A DNA stretch of 64,000 bases from Leptogorgia sarmentosa (GCA_964658305.1 OZ210885.1:14880001-14944000); one strand, 5' to 3'. Shown: positions 1 through 12,938, counted from the first letter of the stretch. A program made the numbers and translations. The notes: generated by a model from the sequence alone, not told the origin.

Positions 1-3000
1 ACGAGAACCGGTATTTTCCTACTCGTACGGTCGTAGACATTTCTTGATGGAAGTTACACTTTTTAAACGTGTAACAATAACAAAACCCTGAAGTTGAAAT
101 TGAAAGCAATTATATTTACAAATAGGCATTAAATAACATTTAGTAAAACAACAATACAAAGTATATCCAGATGTAGCAATAACAAAATCCCTGAAGTTTA
201 CATTGAAAGCAAACCTATTTACAAACACACATACAATAAAATGAAGCAAGTCTACAACACAAAGTATTCCCAGGTGGTCACCCATCCAAGTACTAACGTT
301 GCCCACCTAGGCTTAACTTCGGTGATCAGACGAGAACCGGTATTTTCCTACTGGTATGGTTGTAGACATTTGTTGATGAAAGTTACACTTTTTAAACGTG
401 TAACAATAACAAAACCCTGAAGTTGAAATTGAAAGCAAACCTATTTACAAACACACATACAATAAAATGAAGCAAGTCTACAACACAAAGTATTCCCAGG
501 TAGTCACCCATCCAAGTACTAACTTTGCCCACCTAGGCTTAACTTCGGTGATCAGACGAGAACCGGTATTTTCCTAGTGGTATGGTCGTAGCCATTTGTT
601 GATGGAAGTTACACTTTTTAAACATGTAACAATAACAAAACCCTGAAGTTGAAATTGAAAGCAAACCTATTTACAAACACACATACAATAAAATGAAGCA
701 AGTCTACAACACAAAGTATTCCCAGGTGGTCACCCATCCAAGTACTAACTTTGCCCACCTAGGCTTAACTTCGGTGATCAGACCAGAACCGGTATTTTCC
801 TACTGGTATGGTCGTAGACATTTGTTGATGCAAGTTACACTTTTTAAATTTGTAACAATAACAAAACCCTGAAGTTGAAATTGAAAGCAAACCTATTTAC
901 AAACACACATACAATGAAATGAAGCAAGTCTACAACACAAAGTATTCCCAGGTAGCCACCCATCCAAGTACTAACGTTGCCCACCTAGGCTTAACTTCGG
1001 TGATCAGACGAGAACCGTTATTTTCCTACTGGTATGGTCGTAGACATTTGTTGATGGAAGTTACACTTTTTAAACGTGTAACAATAACAAAACCCTGAAG
1101 TTGAAATTGAAAGCAAACCTATTTACAAACACACATACAATGAAATGAAGCAAGTCTACAACACAAAGTATTCCCAGGTAGTCACCCATCCAAGTACTAA
1201 CTTTGCCCACCTAGGCTTAACTTCGGTGATCAGACGAGAACCGTTATTTTCCTACTGGTATGGTCGTAGACATTTGTTGATGGAAGTTACACTTTTTAAA
1301 CGTGTAACAATAACAAAACCCTGAAGTTGAATTTGAAAGCAAACCTATTTACAAACACACATACAATAAAATGAAGCAAGTCTACAACACAAAGTATTTC
1401 CAGGTGGTCACCCATCCAAGTACTAACGTTGCCCACCTAGGCTTAACTTCGGTGATCAGACGAGAACCGGTATTTTCCTACTCGTACGGTCGTAGACATT
1501 TGTTGATGGAAGTTACACTTTTTAAACGTGTAACAATAACAAAACCCTGAAGTTGAAATTGAAAGGAATTATATTTACAAATAGGCATTAAATAACATTT
1601 AGTAAAACAACAATACAAAGTATTTCCAGATGTAGCAATAACAAAATCCCTGAAGTTTACATTGAAAGCAAACCTATTTACAAACACACATACAATAAAA
1701 TGAAGCAAGTCTACAACACAAAGTATTCCCAGGTGGTCACCCATCCAAGTACTAACGTTGCCCACCTAGGCTTAACTTTGGTGATCAGACGAGAACCGGT
1801 ATTTTCCTACTCGTACGGTCGTAGACATTTGTTGATGGAAGTTACACTTTTTAAACGTGTAACAATAACAAAACCCTGAAGTTGAAATTGAAAGCAAACC
1901 TATTTACAAACACACATACAATAAAATGAAGCAAGTCTACAACACAAAGTATTCCCAGGTAGTCACCCATCCAAGTACTAACTTTGCCCACCTAGGCTTA
2001 ACTTCGGTGATCAGACGAGAACCGGTATTTTCCTACTGGTATGGTCGTAGACATTTGTTGATGGAAGTTACACTTTTTAAACGTGTAACAATAACAAAAC
2101 CCTGAAGTTGAAATTGAAAGCAAACCTATTTACAAACACACATACAATAAAATGAAGCAAGTCTACAACACAAAGTATTCTCAGGTGGTCACCCATCCAA
2201 CTACTAACTTTGCCCACCTAGGCTTAACTTCGGTGATCAGACGAGAACCGGTATTTTCCTACTCGTATGGTCGTAAACATTTGTTGATGGAAGTTACACT
2301 TTTTAAACGTGTAACAATAACAAAACCCCGAAGTTAAAATTGAAAGCAAACCTATTTACAAACACACATACAATAAAATGAAGCAAGTCTACAACACAAA
2401 GTATTCCCAGGTGGTCACCCATCCAACTACTAACTTTGCCCACCTAGGCTTAACTTCGGTGATCAGACGAGAACCGGTATTTTCCTACTCGTACGGTCGT
2501 AGACATTTGTTGATGGAAGTTACACTTTTTAAACGTGTAACAATAACAAAACCCTGAAGTTGAAATTGAAAGGAATGATATTTACAAATAGGCATTAAAT
2601 AACATTTAGCAAAACAACAATACAAAGTATTTCCAGATGTAGCAATAACAAAATCCCTGAAGTTTACATTGAAAGCAAACCTATTTACAAACACACATAC
2701 AATAAAATGAAGCAAGTCTACAACACAAAGTATTCCCAGGCAGTCACCCATCCAACTACTAACTGTGCCCACCTAGGGTTAACTTCGGTGATCAGACGAG
2801 AACCGGTACTTTCCTACTGGTATCGTCGTAGACATTTGTTGATGGAAGTAACACTTTTTAAACATGTAACAATAACAAAACCCTGAAGTTGAAATTGAAA
2901 GCAAACCTATTTACAAACACACATACAATAAAATGAAGCAAGTCTACAACACAAAGTATTCCCAGGTGGTCACCCATCCAACTACTAACTTTGCCCACCT

Positions 3001-6000
3001 AGGCTTAACTTCGGTGATCAGACGAGAACCGGTATTTTCCTACTTGTATGGTCGTAAACATTTGTTGATGGAAGTTACACTTTTTAAACGTGTAACAATA
3101 ACAAAACACTGAAGTTGAAATTGAAAGGAATTATATTTACAAATAGGCATTAAATAACATTTAGCAAAACAACAATACAAAGTATTTCCAGATATAGCAA
3201 TAACAAAATCCCTGAAGTTTACATTGAAAGCAAACCTATTTACAAACACACATACAATAAAATGAAGCAAGTCTACAACACAAAGTATTCCCAGGTGGTC
3301 ACCCATCCAACTACTAACTTTGCCCACCTAGGCTTAACTTCGGTGATCAGACGAGAACCGGTATTTTCCTACTCGTATGGTCGTAAACATTTGTTGATGG
3401 AAGTTACACTTTTTAAACGTGTAACAATAACAAAACCCCGAAGTTGAAATTGAAAGCAAACCTATTTACAAACACACATACAATAAAATGAAGCAAGTCT
3501 ACAACACAAAGTATTCCCAGGTGGTCACCCATCCAAGTACTAACTTTGCCCACCTAGGCTTAACTTCGGTGATCAGACGAGAACCGGTATTTTCCTACTG
3601 GTATGGTCGTAGACATTTGTTGATGGAAGTTACACTTTTTAAACGTGTAACAATAACAAAACCCTGAAGTTGAAATTGAAAGCAAACCTATTTACAAACA
3701 CACATACAATAAAATGAAGCAAGTCTACAACACAAAGTATTCTCAGGTGGTCACCCATCCAACTACTAACTTTGCCCACCTAGGCTTAACTTCGGTGATC
3801 AGACGAGAACCGGTATTTTCCTACTCGTATGGTCGTAAACATTTGTTGATGGAAGTTACACTTTTTAAACGTGTAACAATAACAAAACCCCGAAGTTGAA
3901 ATTGAAAGCAAACCTATTTACAAACACACATACAATAAAATGAAGCAAGTCTACAACACAAAGTATTCCCAGGTGGTCACCCATCCAACTACTAACTTTG
4001 CCCACCTAGGCTTAACTTCGGTGATCAGACGAGAACCGGTATTTTCCTACTCGTACGGTCGTAGACATTTCTTGATGGAAGTTACACTTTTTAAACGTGT
4101 AACAATAACAAAACCCTGAAGTTGAAATTGAAAGCAATTATATTTACAAATAGGCATTAAATAACATTTAGTAAAACAACAATACAAAGTATATCCAGAT
4201 GTAGCAATAACAAAATCCCTGAAGTTTACATTGAAAGCAAACCTATTTACAAACACACATACAATAAAATGAAGCAAGTCTACAACACAAAGTATTCCCA
4301 GGTGGTCACCCATCCAAGTACTAACGTTGCCCACCTAGGCTTAACTTCGGTGATCAGACGAGAACCGGTATTTTCCTACTGGTATGGTTGTAGACATTTG
4401 TTGATGAAAGTTACACTTTTTAAACGTGTAACAATAACAAAACCCTGAAGTTGAAATTGAAAGCAAACCTATTTACAAACACACATACAATAAAATGAAG
4501 CAAGTCTACAACACAAAGTATTCCCAGGTAGTCACCCATCCAAGTACTAACTTTGCCCACCTAGGCTTAACTTCGGTGATCAGACGAGAACCGGTATTTT
4601 CCTAGTGGTATGGTCGTAGCCATTTGTTGATGGAAGTTACACTTTTTAAACATGTAACAATAACAAAACCCTGAAGTTGAAATTGAAAGCAAACCTATTT
4701 ACAAACACACATACAATAAAATGAAGCAAGTCTACAACACAAAGTATTCCCAGGTAGTCACCCATCCAAGTACTAACTTTGCCCACCTAGGCTTAACTTC
4801 GGTGATCAGACGAGAACCGGTATTTTCCTAGTGGTATGGTCGTAGCCATTTGTTGATGGAAGTTACACTTTTTAAACATGTAACAATAACAAAACCCTGA
4901 AGTTGAAATTGAAAGCAAACCTATTTACAAACACACATACAATAAAATGAAGCAAGTCTACAACACAAAGTATTCCCAGGTAGTCACCCATCCAAGTACT
5001 AACTTTGCCCACCTAGGCTTAACTTCGGTGATCAGACGAGAACCGTTATTTTTCTACTGGTATGGTCGTAGACATTTGTTGATGGAAGTTACACTTTTTA
5101 AACGTGTAACAATAACAAAACCCTGAAGTTGAAATTGAAAGCAAACCTATTTACAAACACACATACAATAAAATGAAGCAAGTCTACAACACAAAGTATT
5201 CCCAGGTGGTCACCCATCCAAGTACTAATGTTGCCCACCTAGGCTTAACTTCGGTGATCAGACGAGAACCGTTATTTTTCTACTGGTATGGTCGTAGACA
5301 TTTGTTGATGGAAGTTACACTTTTTAAACGTGTAACAATAACAAAACCCTGAAGTTGAAATTGAAAGCAAACCTATTTACAAACACACATACAATAAAAT
5401 GAAGCAAGTCTACAACACAAAGTATTCCCAGGTGGTCACCCATCCAAGTACTAATGTTGCCCACCTAGGCTTAACTTCGGTGATCAGACGAGAACCGGTA
5501 TTTTCCTACTCGTACGGTCGTAGACATTTGTTGATGGAAGTTACACTTTTTAAACGTGTAACAATAACAAAACCCTGAAGTTGAAATTGAAAGGAATTAT
5601 ATTTACAAATAGGCATTAAATAACATTTAGTAAAACAACAATACAAAGTATTTCCAGATGTAGCAATAACAAAATCCCTGAAGTTTACATTGAAAGCAAG
5701 CCTATTTACAAACACACATACAATAAAATGAAGCAAGTCTACAACACAAAGTATTCCCAGGTGGTCACCCATCCAAGTACTAACGTTGCCCACCTAGGCT
5801 TAACTTCGGTGATCAGACGAGAACCGGTATTTTCCTACTGGTATGGTTGTAGACATTTGTTGATGAAAGTTACACTTTTTAAACGTGTAACAATAACAAA
5901 ACCCTGAAGTTGAAATTGAAAGCAAACCTATTTACAAACACACATACAATAAAATGAAGCAAGTCTACAACACAAAGTATTCCCAGGTAGTCACCCATCC

Positions 6001-7271
6001 AAGTACTAACTTTGCCCACCTAGGCTTAATTTCGGTGATCAGACGAGAACCGGTATTTTCCTAGTGGTATGGTCGTAGCCATTTGTTGATGGAAGTTACA
6101 CTTTTTAAACATGTAACAATAACAAAACCCTGAAGTTGAAATTGAAAGCAAACCTATTTACAAACACACATACAATAAAATGAAGCAAGTCTACAACACA
6201 AAGTATTCCCAGGTAGTCACCCATCCAAGTACTAACTTTGCCCACCTAGGCTTAACTTCGGTGATCAGACGAGAACCGGTATTTTCCTAGTGGTATGGTC
6301 GTAGCCATTTGTTGATGGAAGTTACACTTTTTAAACATGTAACAATAACAAAACCCTGAAGTTGAAATTGAAAGCAAACCTATTTACAAACACACATACA
6401 ATAAAATGAAGCAAGTCTACAACACAAAGTATTCCCAGGTAGTCACCCATCCAAGTACTAACTTTGCCCACCTAGGCTTAACTTCGGTGATCAGACGAGA
6501 ACCGTTATTTTTCTACTGGTATGGTCGTAGACATTTGTTGATGGAAGTTACACTTTTTAAACGTGTAACAATAACAAAACCCTGAAGTTGAAATTGAAAG
6601 CAAACCTATTTACAAACACACATACAATAAAATGAAGCAAGTCTACAACACAAAGTATTCCCAGGTGGTCACCCATCCAAGTACTAATGTTGCCCACCTA
6701 GGCTTAACTTCGGTGATCAGACGAGAACCGTTATTTTTCTACTGGTATGGTCGTAGACATTTGTTGATGGAAGTTACACTTTTTAAACGTGTAACAATAA
6801 CAAAACCCTGAAGTTGAAATTGAAAGCAAACCTATTTACAAACACACATACAATAAAATGAAGCAAGTCTACAACACAAAGTATTCCCAGGTGGTCACCC
6901 ATCCAAGTACTAATGTTGCCCACCTAGGCTTAACTTCGGTGATCAGACGAGAACCGGTATTTTCCTACTCGTACGGTCGTAGACATTTGTTGATGGAAGT
7001 TACACTTTTTAAACGTGTAACAATAACAAAACCCTGAAGTTGAAATTGAAAGGAATTATATTTACAAATAGGCATTAAATAACATTTAGTAAAACAACAA
7101 TACAAAGTATTTCCAGATGTAGCAATAACAAAATCCCTGAAGTTTACATTGAAAGCAAGCCTATTTACAAACACACATACAATAAAATGAAGCAAGTCTA
7201 CAACACAAAGTATTCCCAGGTGGTCACCCATCCAAGTACTAACGTTGCCCACCTAGGCTTAACTTTGGTGA
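1..7271 (-). rRNA. 5S rRNA: Tandem 5S rDNA array: partial copy at 1-38, 28 complete 120-nt copies, and the 3' part of a BEL-split copy; 226-bp and 329-bp units
   Basis: The minus strand reads GTCTACGACCATACCAGTAGGAAAATACCGGTTCTCGTCTGATCACCGAAGTTAAGCCTAGGTGGGCAAAGTTAGTACTTGGATGGGTGACCACCTGGGAATACTTTGTGTTGTAGACTT, with box A, loop E and box C motifs. Low-coordinate (3') ends fall at 248, 474, 700, 926, 1152, 1378, 1707 ... 6865, 7194. Confidence 0.95.
248..367 (-). rRNA. 5S rRNA: Representative 5S rRNA gene copy (120 nt)
   Basis: GTCTAC...GTAGAC terminal helix. A TTTT run lies a few nt downstream on the minus strand (Pol III terminator-like) and TTTAAAAA lies at about -29 to -22. Confidence 0.9.
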
Positions 7272-7464
7272 TGTCGGGGAAAAAGGTTGACATTAGGGGT
7301 TAAAATTAGAGATGAGGTGACTGCCATATAAGGAGTTGTTATTGTCTTGTTATTGGGAATATGTATTGACTGTGAGTGATTTGGGAGAGAAAAAATATAA
7401 TAAAAACAAGATATAACGTGTGATTCTACTCTTATTGTGGGGATCGAACCATAAATCTACCACA
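7272..7464 (+). repeat. 5' LTR of BEL/Pao element
   Basis: TGTCGGGG...CTACCACA, direct repeat of 12939-13131; contains TATAAG and AATAAA. Confidence 0.95.
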
Positions 7465-7591
7465 AAGGGCACCTCCGACGGGATTAACGCAATAAACGGG
7501 ATATTGTGACAAATGTAAAACGGGATATTTTACACAACAATCGAGTTAGAGCAGAATTACGCGGTATATGTAAATAAATACAGAGATCGAG

Positions 7592-10500
7592 ATGATAACA
7601 CGGCAATCGCGAAACGACGGCACAGCACAAGGAGAACAAACCAATGCACAAAACGACATCGAGATAACAGAAGCCAATTTCAAATCGTTATTGAGAAAGC
7701 TTGCTTATTTTAACCGAGCTACGGCTGAGGCTCTAGAAAGTGAGTACGGAAGTGACAAAATAAACAGACAATATACTTTGCTTAAAACCAAGCTGGACGA
7801 AGCGTACGATTTAATACAAACTTTACAAGGTTTAAAGTTAGATTCCAACGAGAGCGACGAAGCAATCGATCAATGGACTCAGGAAAGGAAATTACAAGTG
7901 CAACCCTATGAAAATGCGGTCGAAAAGCTCGCCGAAAGGCTAAACCATGACGAAAGTATACGCAAGGACAAGCTAAAAGAGGAATCTATTATTCGAGACT
8001 GGATGAGGCAAGAAGAGCAGGAAGCAGAGAACAATAAAAGAATTCGTGAGGAAAAATTCGCTTTACAACTTGAGGAAAAGAAATTGGAAATAGCAGAAAA
8101 GAAACGCGTGAAACCGAAATTACCAGATTTGCAAATATCCAAGTTCCAAGGAACACATCTTGACTGGGTAAGATTTTGGAGTCTTTTTTCAACTCAAATT
8201 GATCAAACATCCATTCCAGATGAAGCCAAGTTTTCGTATTTGAAGGAACTTGTCATACCCAAGGTACGTGCAACAATTGAGAAATTACCAGCTGACGGTG
8301 TAGGGTATAAGAAAGCCACAGAATTCTTAAAACAAAGATATGGTGACTCTAGTGAAGTAGTGAATGCCCATATTCAGGAGATAATGTCATTGCCAATTAT
8401 TACTGGAACTTCAAGACCCAAGATACACAATTTTTACGATAACCTTTTGGGACATGTTCAAGCGTTGGAAACACTGGGGAAATTGGAACAGGTTACCGGT
8501 AATGTGCGAATGACCTTGGACAAATTAGTGGGTATTCGAGCTGATCTAATTAGAACTGAAAGAGACTGGAAGAAATGGACTTTTACGGAACTTGTGGAAG
8601 CTTTACGTCAATGGGTCGAGCGCAATCCCCTACAACCTGGAGATAAAGATGGCGGCCAACATCCAAAATTTAAGCAAAGAGACAATCAATTTGCAACAAG
8701 AGATCACGTAAAGCAACGTCAATGTGTATATTGTGAAAATGACGACCATAGATCAGTGGAATGTACCAAAGTTGTCGATGTCGGACAGCGAAAGAGAATA
8801 CTAAGCGTAAAGAGACGGTGTTTTAACTGTACGGGAGAAAAACATAGAGCAAGAGAGTGCAAAAGTAATACCCAATGTTACAAGTGCCAACGCAAACATC
8901 ATACATCCATTTGTGACAAAGTTGAACAAAGCCCTACAATGTGCCAACCGAACCAATCTAATGTGATATATCCTGTAGTAGTTGTTGAAGTAGAAGGAGT
9001 GAAATGTCGAGCGTTACTGGACACTGGTTCAGGAAATTCTTATGTATCTTCTACGTTGATGAACTTAACAAAAAAGAAGCCAATTAGACAAGAGATCAAA
9101 ACCATAGAGATGATGTTGCATACAACTACGAAGACGATTGATGTCTACAATGTTGAAATCACAAACGTTAATAAAACCTTTAGCATGTCGTCTGAAGTGA
9201 ATTGTGTCGATCGACCAGTGCTGCTGACCTTGCAAAATCCACGTTATAGAGAAGTTATTGCGAGTAATTCACACCTTGAAGGCATAGAGATGGACGATGG
9301 TGACACGAAGCCAATGTTGCCAGTTCACATGATACTGGGTGCCAGTGATTATTCACGAGTCAAAACGACCACACCGGCTAAAGTTGGAGATGACGGAAAA
9401 CCAGTGGCTGAGAGAACGAGACTCGGGTGGACCATCATGTCGCAGGGACGGGAAATGAGTCATTCATATTTAATGTTAACGAGAAGCACACACGAAGACT
9501 ACATGGAACTTTGTAGTTTAGATGTTCTGGGGCTCAAGGATCGACCTGAAGGTGATCAAACAACCGTGCTTGAAGAATTCAAAGAACAGTTAGCTTGGAG
9601 AGAAGATGGAAAATACGAGACAGCACTACCATGGAAAGCTAGCCATCCCAAATTACCAACCAACATCAACGTTGCGCGACTGAGACTTCAGTCACTACTG
9701 AAGCGACTGGATAAACAGCCTGCCTTACTCGAGACATACCACCAAATCATCGAAGACCAAGTTGAACAGGGAATTGTAGAGATTGCACCAGCAGAATCAA
9801 ACGAGAAGCACGAACATTACATCCCACATAAACCTGTCGTTCGAGAACAAGCTGAATCAACAAAAGTTCGTGTCGTCTACGACGCCTCCGCAAAGGCTAA
9901 CGAAGATAGTCCGTCTCTGAATGACTGTCTAGAGATTGGCCCTCCACTTCAACGAAAGTTGCTAGATATTCTTTTGCGAAACCGAGTTAAACCTGTGCTA
10001 TTAGCAGGAGATATTAAGCAAGCGTTTCTTCAGATCGTTATCAGGGAAACCGAACGTGACGCTTTAAGGTTCCTGTGGATAAATAACTTGCACAACAGAG
10101 AAGAGAAGATCTACCGCATGACAAGACTTATGTTTGGTCTCGGTCCAAGTCCATTCATCCTTGGAGGGACATTGAACGTTCACCTAGAGAAGTACTCACA
10201 CGATCATCCGATTTGTGTTCGAGAGCTTAAAGATGGTACATACGTGGACGATATAAACATTGCAAGTGACACAGTGGAAGAAACGAAAGAGATTAAAGAA
10301 GATGCTGTAAAAATCTTGGGAAAAGGGGGGTTCGTGTTACATAAATGGCATTCGAACGCCGCAGAATTAGAAAGTGATGTAAAGGAAGATGGAGAAACTA
10401 CCTATGCGAAGGAAAGTCTAGGGACAACACCATCGGAGACCAAACTTCTTGGATTATGCTGGAACAAATCAGAAGACACTTTGTCAGTGACATTTCCACC

Positions 10501-12847
10501 AAACGAAAATGAAGTGACGAAAAGAATCGTCCTGAGAACTATGGCGAAAATCTATGATCCGCTGGGATTAGCAGCTCCTATTCTACTCACGGCCAAAGTG
10601 ATCTTTCGAGATATCTGTGATTCTAAGTTGGGATGGGATGCAGATCTACCTGAAGTGCTAAAGCGGCGATGGGAAAAATGGTTGAAGAATTTACCTGTCC
10701 AGTTGAAGATGCCAAGAGCAATACCTAGAGAAATCGGGGTGGTTGTGGAATTGATCCTTCATGGATTCGCAGATGCGAGCATTCTTGGTTGTTGCGCTGT
10801 GATCTACGCTGTTATCAAGCAAGTTGGAGTGATTAGTCAAGGGTTCCTGATATCGAAAACAAGATTGGCCAAACGGGACTTAACTATTCCGCGCCTGGAG
10901 TTAGTGAGTTGCCACATGCTGAGTAACCTCCTACACAACACATTCAAAGTTCTTAGTCATATACAAATTGCTGGTGTATTCGCATGGTCTGATTCTACTG
11001 TCTGTCTTCAATGGATCCAAGGTCAGGGAAGATATAAACAATTCGTGGCCAATCGGGTAGATAAAATAAACGAGAAGGAAGAAATCGTTTGGAGATACGT
11101 GCCTAGTAAAGAGAATCCTGCGGATATCGGTAGTCGGGGATCAAGTGACTTAGAAACTAACGAAATGTGGATGAGCGGTCCGTCATGGCTGAACGATTCC
11201 GACAGCTGGCCGGAACAGATTGTTGCTAAACCTTCTGATGTGTCGGAGTCCGAAAGTCGCACAATCAAGACCGTGATGAAAGCTGCTGTTCAAAGAAAAT
11301 CAGATGTCTTTGACGACCTTTTAGCGAAAACAACCCTATGGAAAACTGTGCGGATTTTAGCATGGATCAAAAGATTTGCCGTCAATTGTCGAAGAAGTAA
11401 AAGAATTAGCGGACCACTAACAACTGAAGAGACTGACGAACAATTGAAATTTCTGGTTAAACGAGCTCAAGAGGACGGTGAAAGTTCTGCACAATTCAAA
11501 GAACATTCTCAACGATTGAATCTCCAGAAAAATGAAGAAGGCATTTACGTGTGTAAGGGGAGAATTCAAGGCTTTTATCCGATTTACTTGCCATCAACTC
11601 ATCTCCTATCTCTGAAGATTGTCGAACGTGCACATCTTTACACTCTTCACGGCGGGGTCGGGTTAACCATGAGTAAAGTGCGCGACGATTATTGGATCCC
11701 TACATTGCGAAGTCTAGTGAAGAAAGTCATTGGAAAGTGCTATGGGTGTAAACGATTTTACACAATGCCAATACCCGCTCCACCTCAGGGGAATCTTCCA
11801 AAAGAACGAACTGAAGGTGAAATCCCCTTTGAAGTAACTGGTGTCGATTATGCCGGACCAATCTATTACAAGGGGAATGGGGGAGCTGAACGTAAGTCAT
11901 ATATACTCATCTATACCTGCAGTTTAACTAGAGGACTTCACTTGGAGATTCTGCCAAACATGAGCTGTGAAGAGTTCCTGATGAGTTTCAAAAGATTTAT
12001 CGCAGCAAGAGGTCGTCCGAAGAAAGTTATATCCGACAATGGTAAGACTTTCGTGGCTGCTGCCAAATGGATCAAGAAAGTCGTAAAGAACGAAAAGTTA
12101 CAAGGCTATCTGAGTGAACATGGTGTGAAATGGCAGTTCAATCTAAGCAAAGCTAGCTGGTGGGGTGGAATGTTCGAACGAATGGTCAGCGTAGTGAAAC
12201 AAGCGCTTTACAAGGTCGTAGGATCGGCCAAACTTAGTTTCAAAGAATTGCAAGATGTGATGCTAGATATTCAGATCGTATTGAACAATCGACCACTATC
12301 GTACTGCGAGGATGACATTCAACTTCCCGTGTTGACGCCGAACATGATGATCTTCGGCAAAGCCAATTATCTTATGGAGTTATTACCTGAGGATATAGAA
12401 GAACGAGACCTGCGAAAGAGGGCGAGATATCTGAAGAAATGTAAGGATGCGTTGTGGCAACGATGGAAACGAGAATACATGAGAGCACTTCGCGAAAGGC
12501 ATAATTTAACACATGACGGGAAAGAGAGAGAGTTACGAAGGGGTGATGTTATGTTAATCAAAGGTGATGAAAAGAATCGTAGACTGTGGAAAATTGGGAT
12601 TGTTGAACGACTTATACCAGGAAGAGACGGAGTGGTTCGTGGAGTTAGGCTACGTGCTGGAAAATCATTCATGGAAAGACCAATACAATTTCTTTACCCT
12701 TTGGAATTGCATTGTGATAGAGAAAGTAATCAAGAAACTGTTCCATTGAATCCTGTTGCAAAGGAGTTCAAACCGAAGCGTAGAGCGGCTGTCGATGCAA
12801 TGAAGAGTATTGAACTCATTTATGATCAGGAAGAGGAAGAACCTTGA
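7592..12847 (+). CDS. BEL/Pao Gag-Pol polyprotein (1751 aa, uninterrupted)
   Basis: Gag (KLPDLQISKFQG), CCHC knuckles, protease LLDTGS, RT (KVRVVYDAS, YVDD), RNase H (GFADAS, WSDS), integrase (GVDYAGP, SDNG, WWGGMFE) and C-terminal LRERH...GRDGVVR domain, in BEL order PR-RT-RH-IN. Confidence 0.96.
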   Translation: MITRQSRNDGTAQGEQTNAQNDIEITEANFKSLLRKLAYFNRATAEALESEYGSDKINRQYTLLKTKLDEAYDLIQTLQGLKLDSNESDEAIDQWTQERKLQVQPYENAVEKLAERLNHDESIRKDKLKEESIIRDWMRQEEQEAENNKRIREEKFALQLEEKKLEIAEKKRVKPKLPDLQISKFQGTHLDWVRFWSLFSTQIDQTSIPDEAKFSYLKELVIPKVRATIEKLPADGVGYKKATEFLKQRYGDSSEVVNAHIQEIMSLPIITGTSRPKIHNFYDNLLGHVQALETLGKLEQVTGNVRMTLDKLVGIRADLIRTERDWKKWTFTELVEALRQWVERNPLQPGDKDGGQHPKFKQRDNQFATRDHVKQRQCVYCENDDHRSVECTKVVDVGQRKRILSVKRRCFNCTGEKHRARECKSNTQCYKCQRKHHTSICDKVEQSPTMCQPNQSNVIYPVVVVEVEGVKCRALLDTGSGNSYVSSTLMNLTKKKPIRQEIKTIEMMLHTTTKTIDVYNVEITNVNKTFSMSSEVNCVDRPVLLTLQNPRYREVIASNSHLEGIEMDDGDTKPMLPVHMILGASDYSRVKTTTPAKVGDDGKPVAERTRLGWTIMSQGREMSHSYLMLTRSTHEDYMELCSLDVLGLKDRPEGDQTTVLEEFKEQLAWREDGKYETALPWKASHPKLPTNINVARLRLQSLLKRLDKQPALLETYHQIIEDQVEQGIVEIAPAESNEKHEHYIPHKPVVREQAESTKVRVVYDASAKANEDSPSLNDCLEIGPPLQRKLLDILLRNRVKPVLLAGDIKQAFLQIVIRETERDALRFLWINNLHNREEKIYRMTRLMFGLGPSPFILGGTLNVHLEKYSHDHPICVRELKDGTYVDDINIASDTVEETKEIKEDAVKILGKGGFVLHKWHSNAAELESDVKEDGETTYAKESLGTTPSETKLLGLCWNKSEDTLSVTFPPNENEVTKRIVLRTMAKIYDPLGLAAPILLTAKVIFRDICDSKLGWDADLPEVLKRRWEKWLKNLPVQLKMPRAIPREIGVVVELILHGFADASILGCCAVIYAVIKQVGVISQGFLISKTRLAKRDLTIPRLELVSCHMLSNLLHNTFKVLSHIQIAGVFAWSDSTVCLQWIQGQGRYKQFVANRVDKINEKEEIVWRYVPSKENPADIGSRGSSDLETNEMWMSGPSWLNDSDSWPEQIVAKPSDVSESESRTIKTVMKAAVQRKSDVFDDLLAKTTLWKTVRILAWIKRFAVNCRRSKRISGPLTTEETDEQLKFLVKRAQEDGESSAQFKEHSQRLNLQKNEEGIYVCKGRIQGFYPIYLPSTHLLSLKIVERAHLYTLHGGVGLTMSKVRDDYWIPTLRSLVKKVIGKCYGCKRFYTMPIPAPPQGNLPKERTEGEIPFEVTGVDYAGPIYYKGNGGAERKSYILIYTCSLTRGLHLEILPNMSCEEFLMSFKRFIAARGRPKKVISDNGKTFVAAAKWIKKVVKNEKLQGYLSEHGVKWQFNLSKASWWGGMFERMVSVVKQALYKVVGSAKLSFKELQDVMLDIQIVLNNRPLSYCEDDIQLPVLTPNMMIFGKANYLMELLPEDIEERDLRKRARYLKKCKDALWQRWKREYMRALRERHNLTHDGKERELRRGDVMLIKGDEKNRRLWKIGIVERLIPGRDGVVRGVRLRAGKSFMERPIQFLYPLELHCDRESNQETVPLNPVAKEFKPKRRAAVDAMKSIELIYDQEEEEP

Positions 12848-12938
12848 TGAGTAGAGACGGGGGAATACGCGTAGACGTTCGTGTGCATTTAAGACAAATA
12901 AGATATATTTAAAACTTGCGTTCTAAATAGGGGGAGTG

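Noticed and set aside
1..7271. CRISPR-like or 5S-derived SINE interpretation of the array
   Set aside because: Spacers are near-identical rather than unique, units are full 5S genes in tandem, and there are no cas genes, SINE bodies or TSDs.
7906..12749. Short antisense or overlapping ORFs within the BEL polyprotein, and similar shadows over other TE genes
   Set aside because: Shadow frames of long coding regions with no independent motif support.
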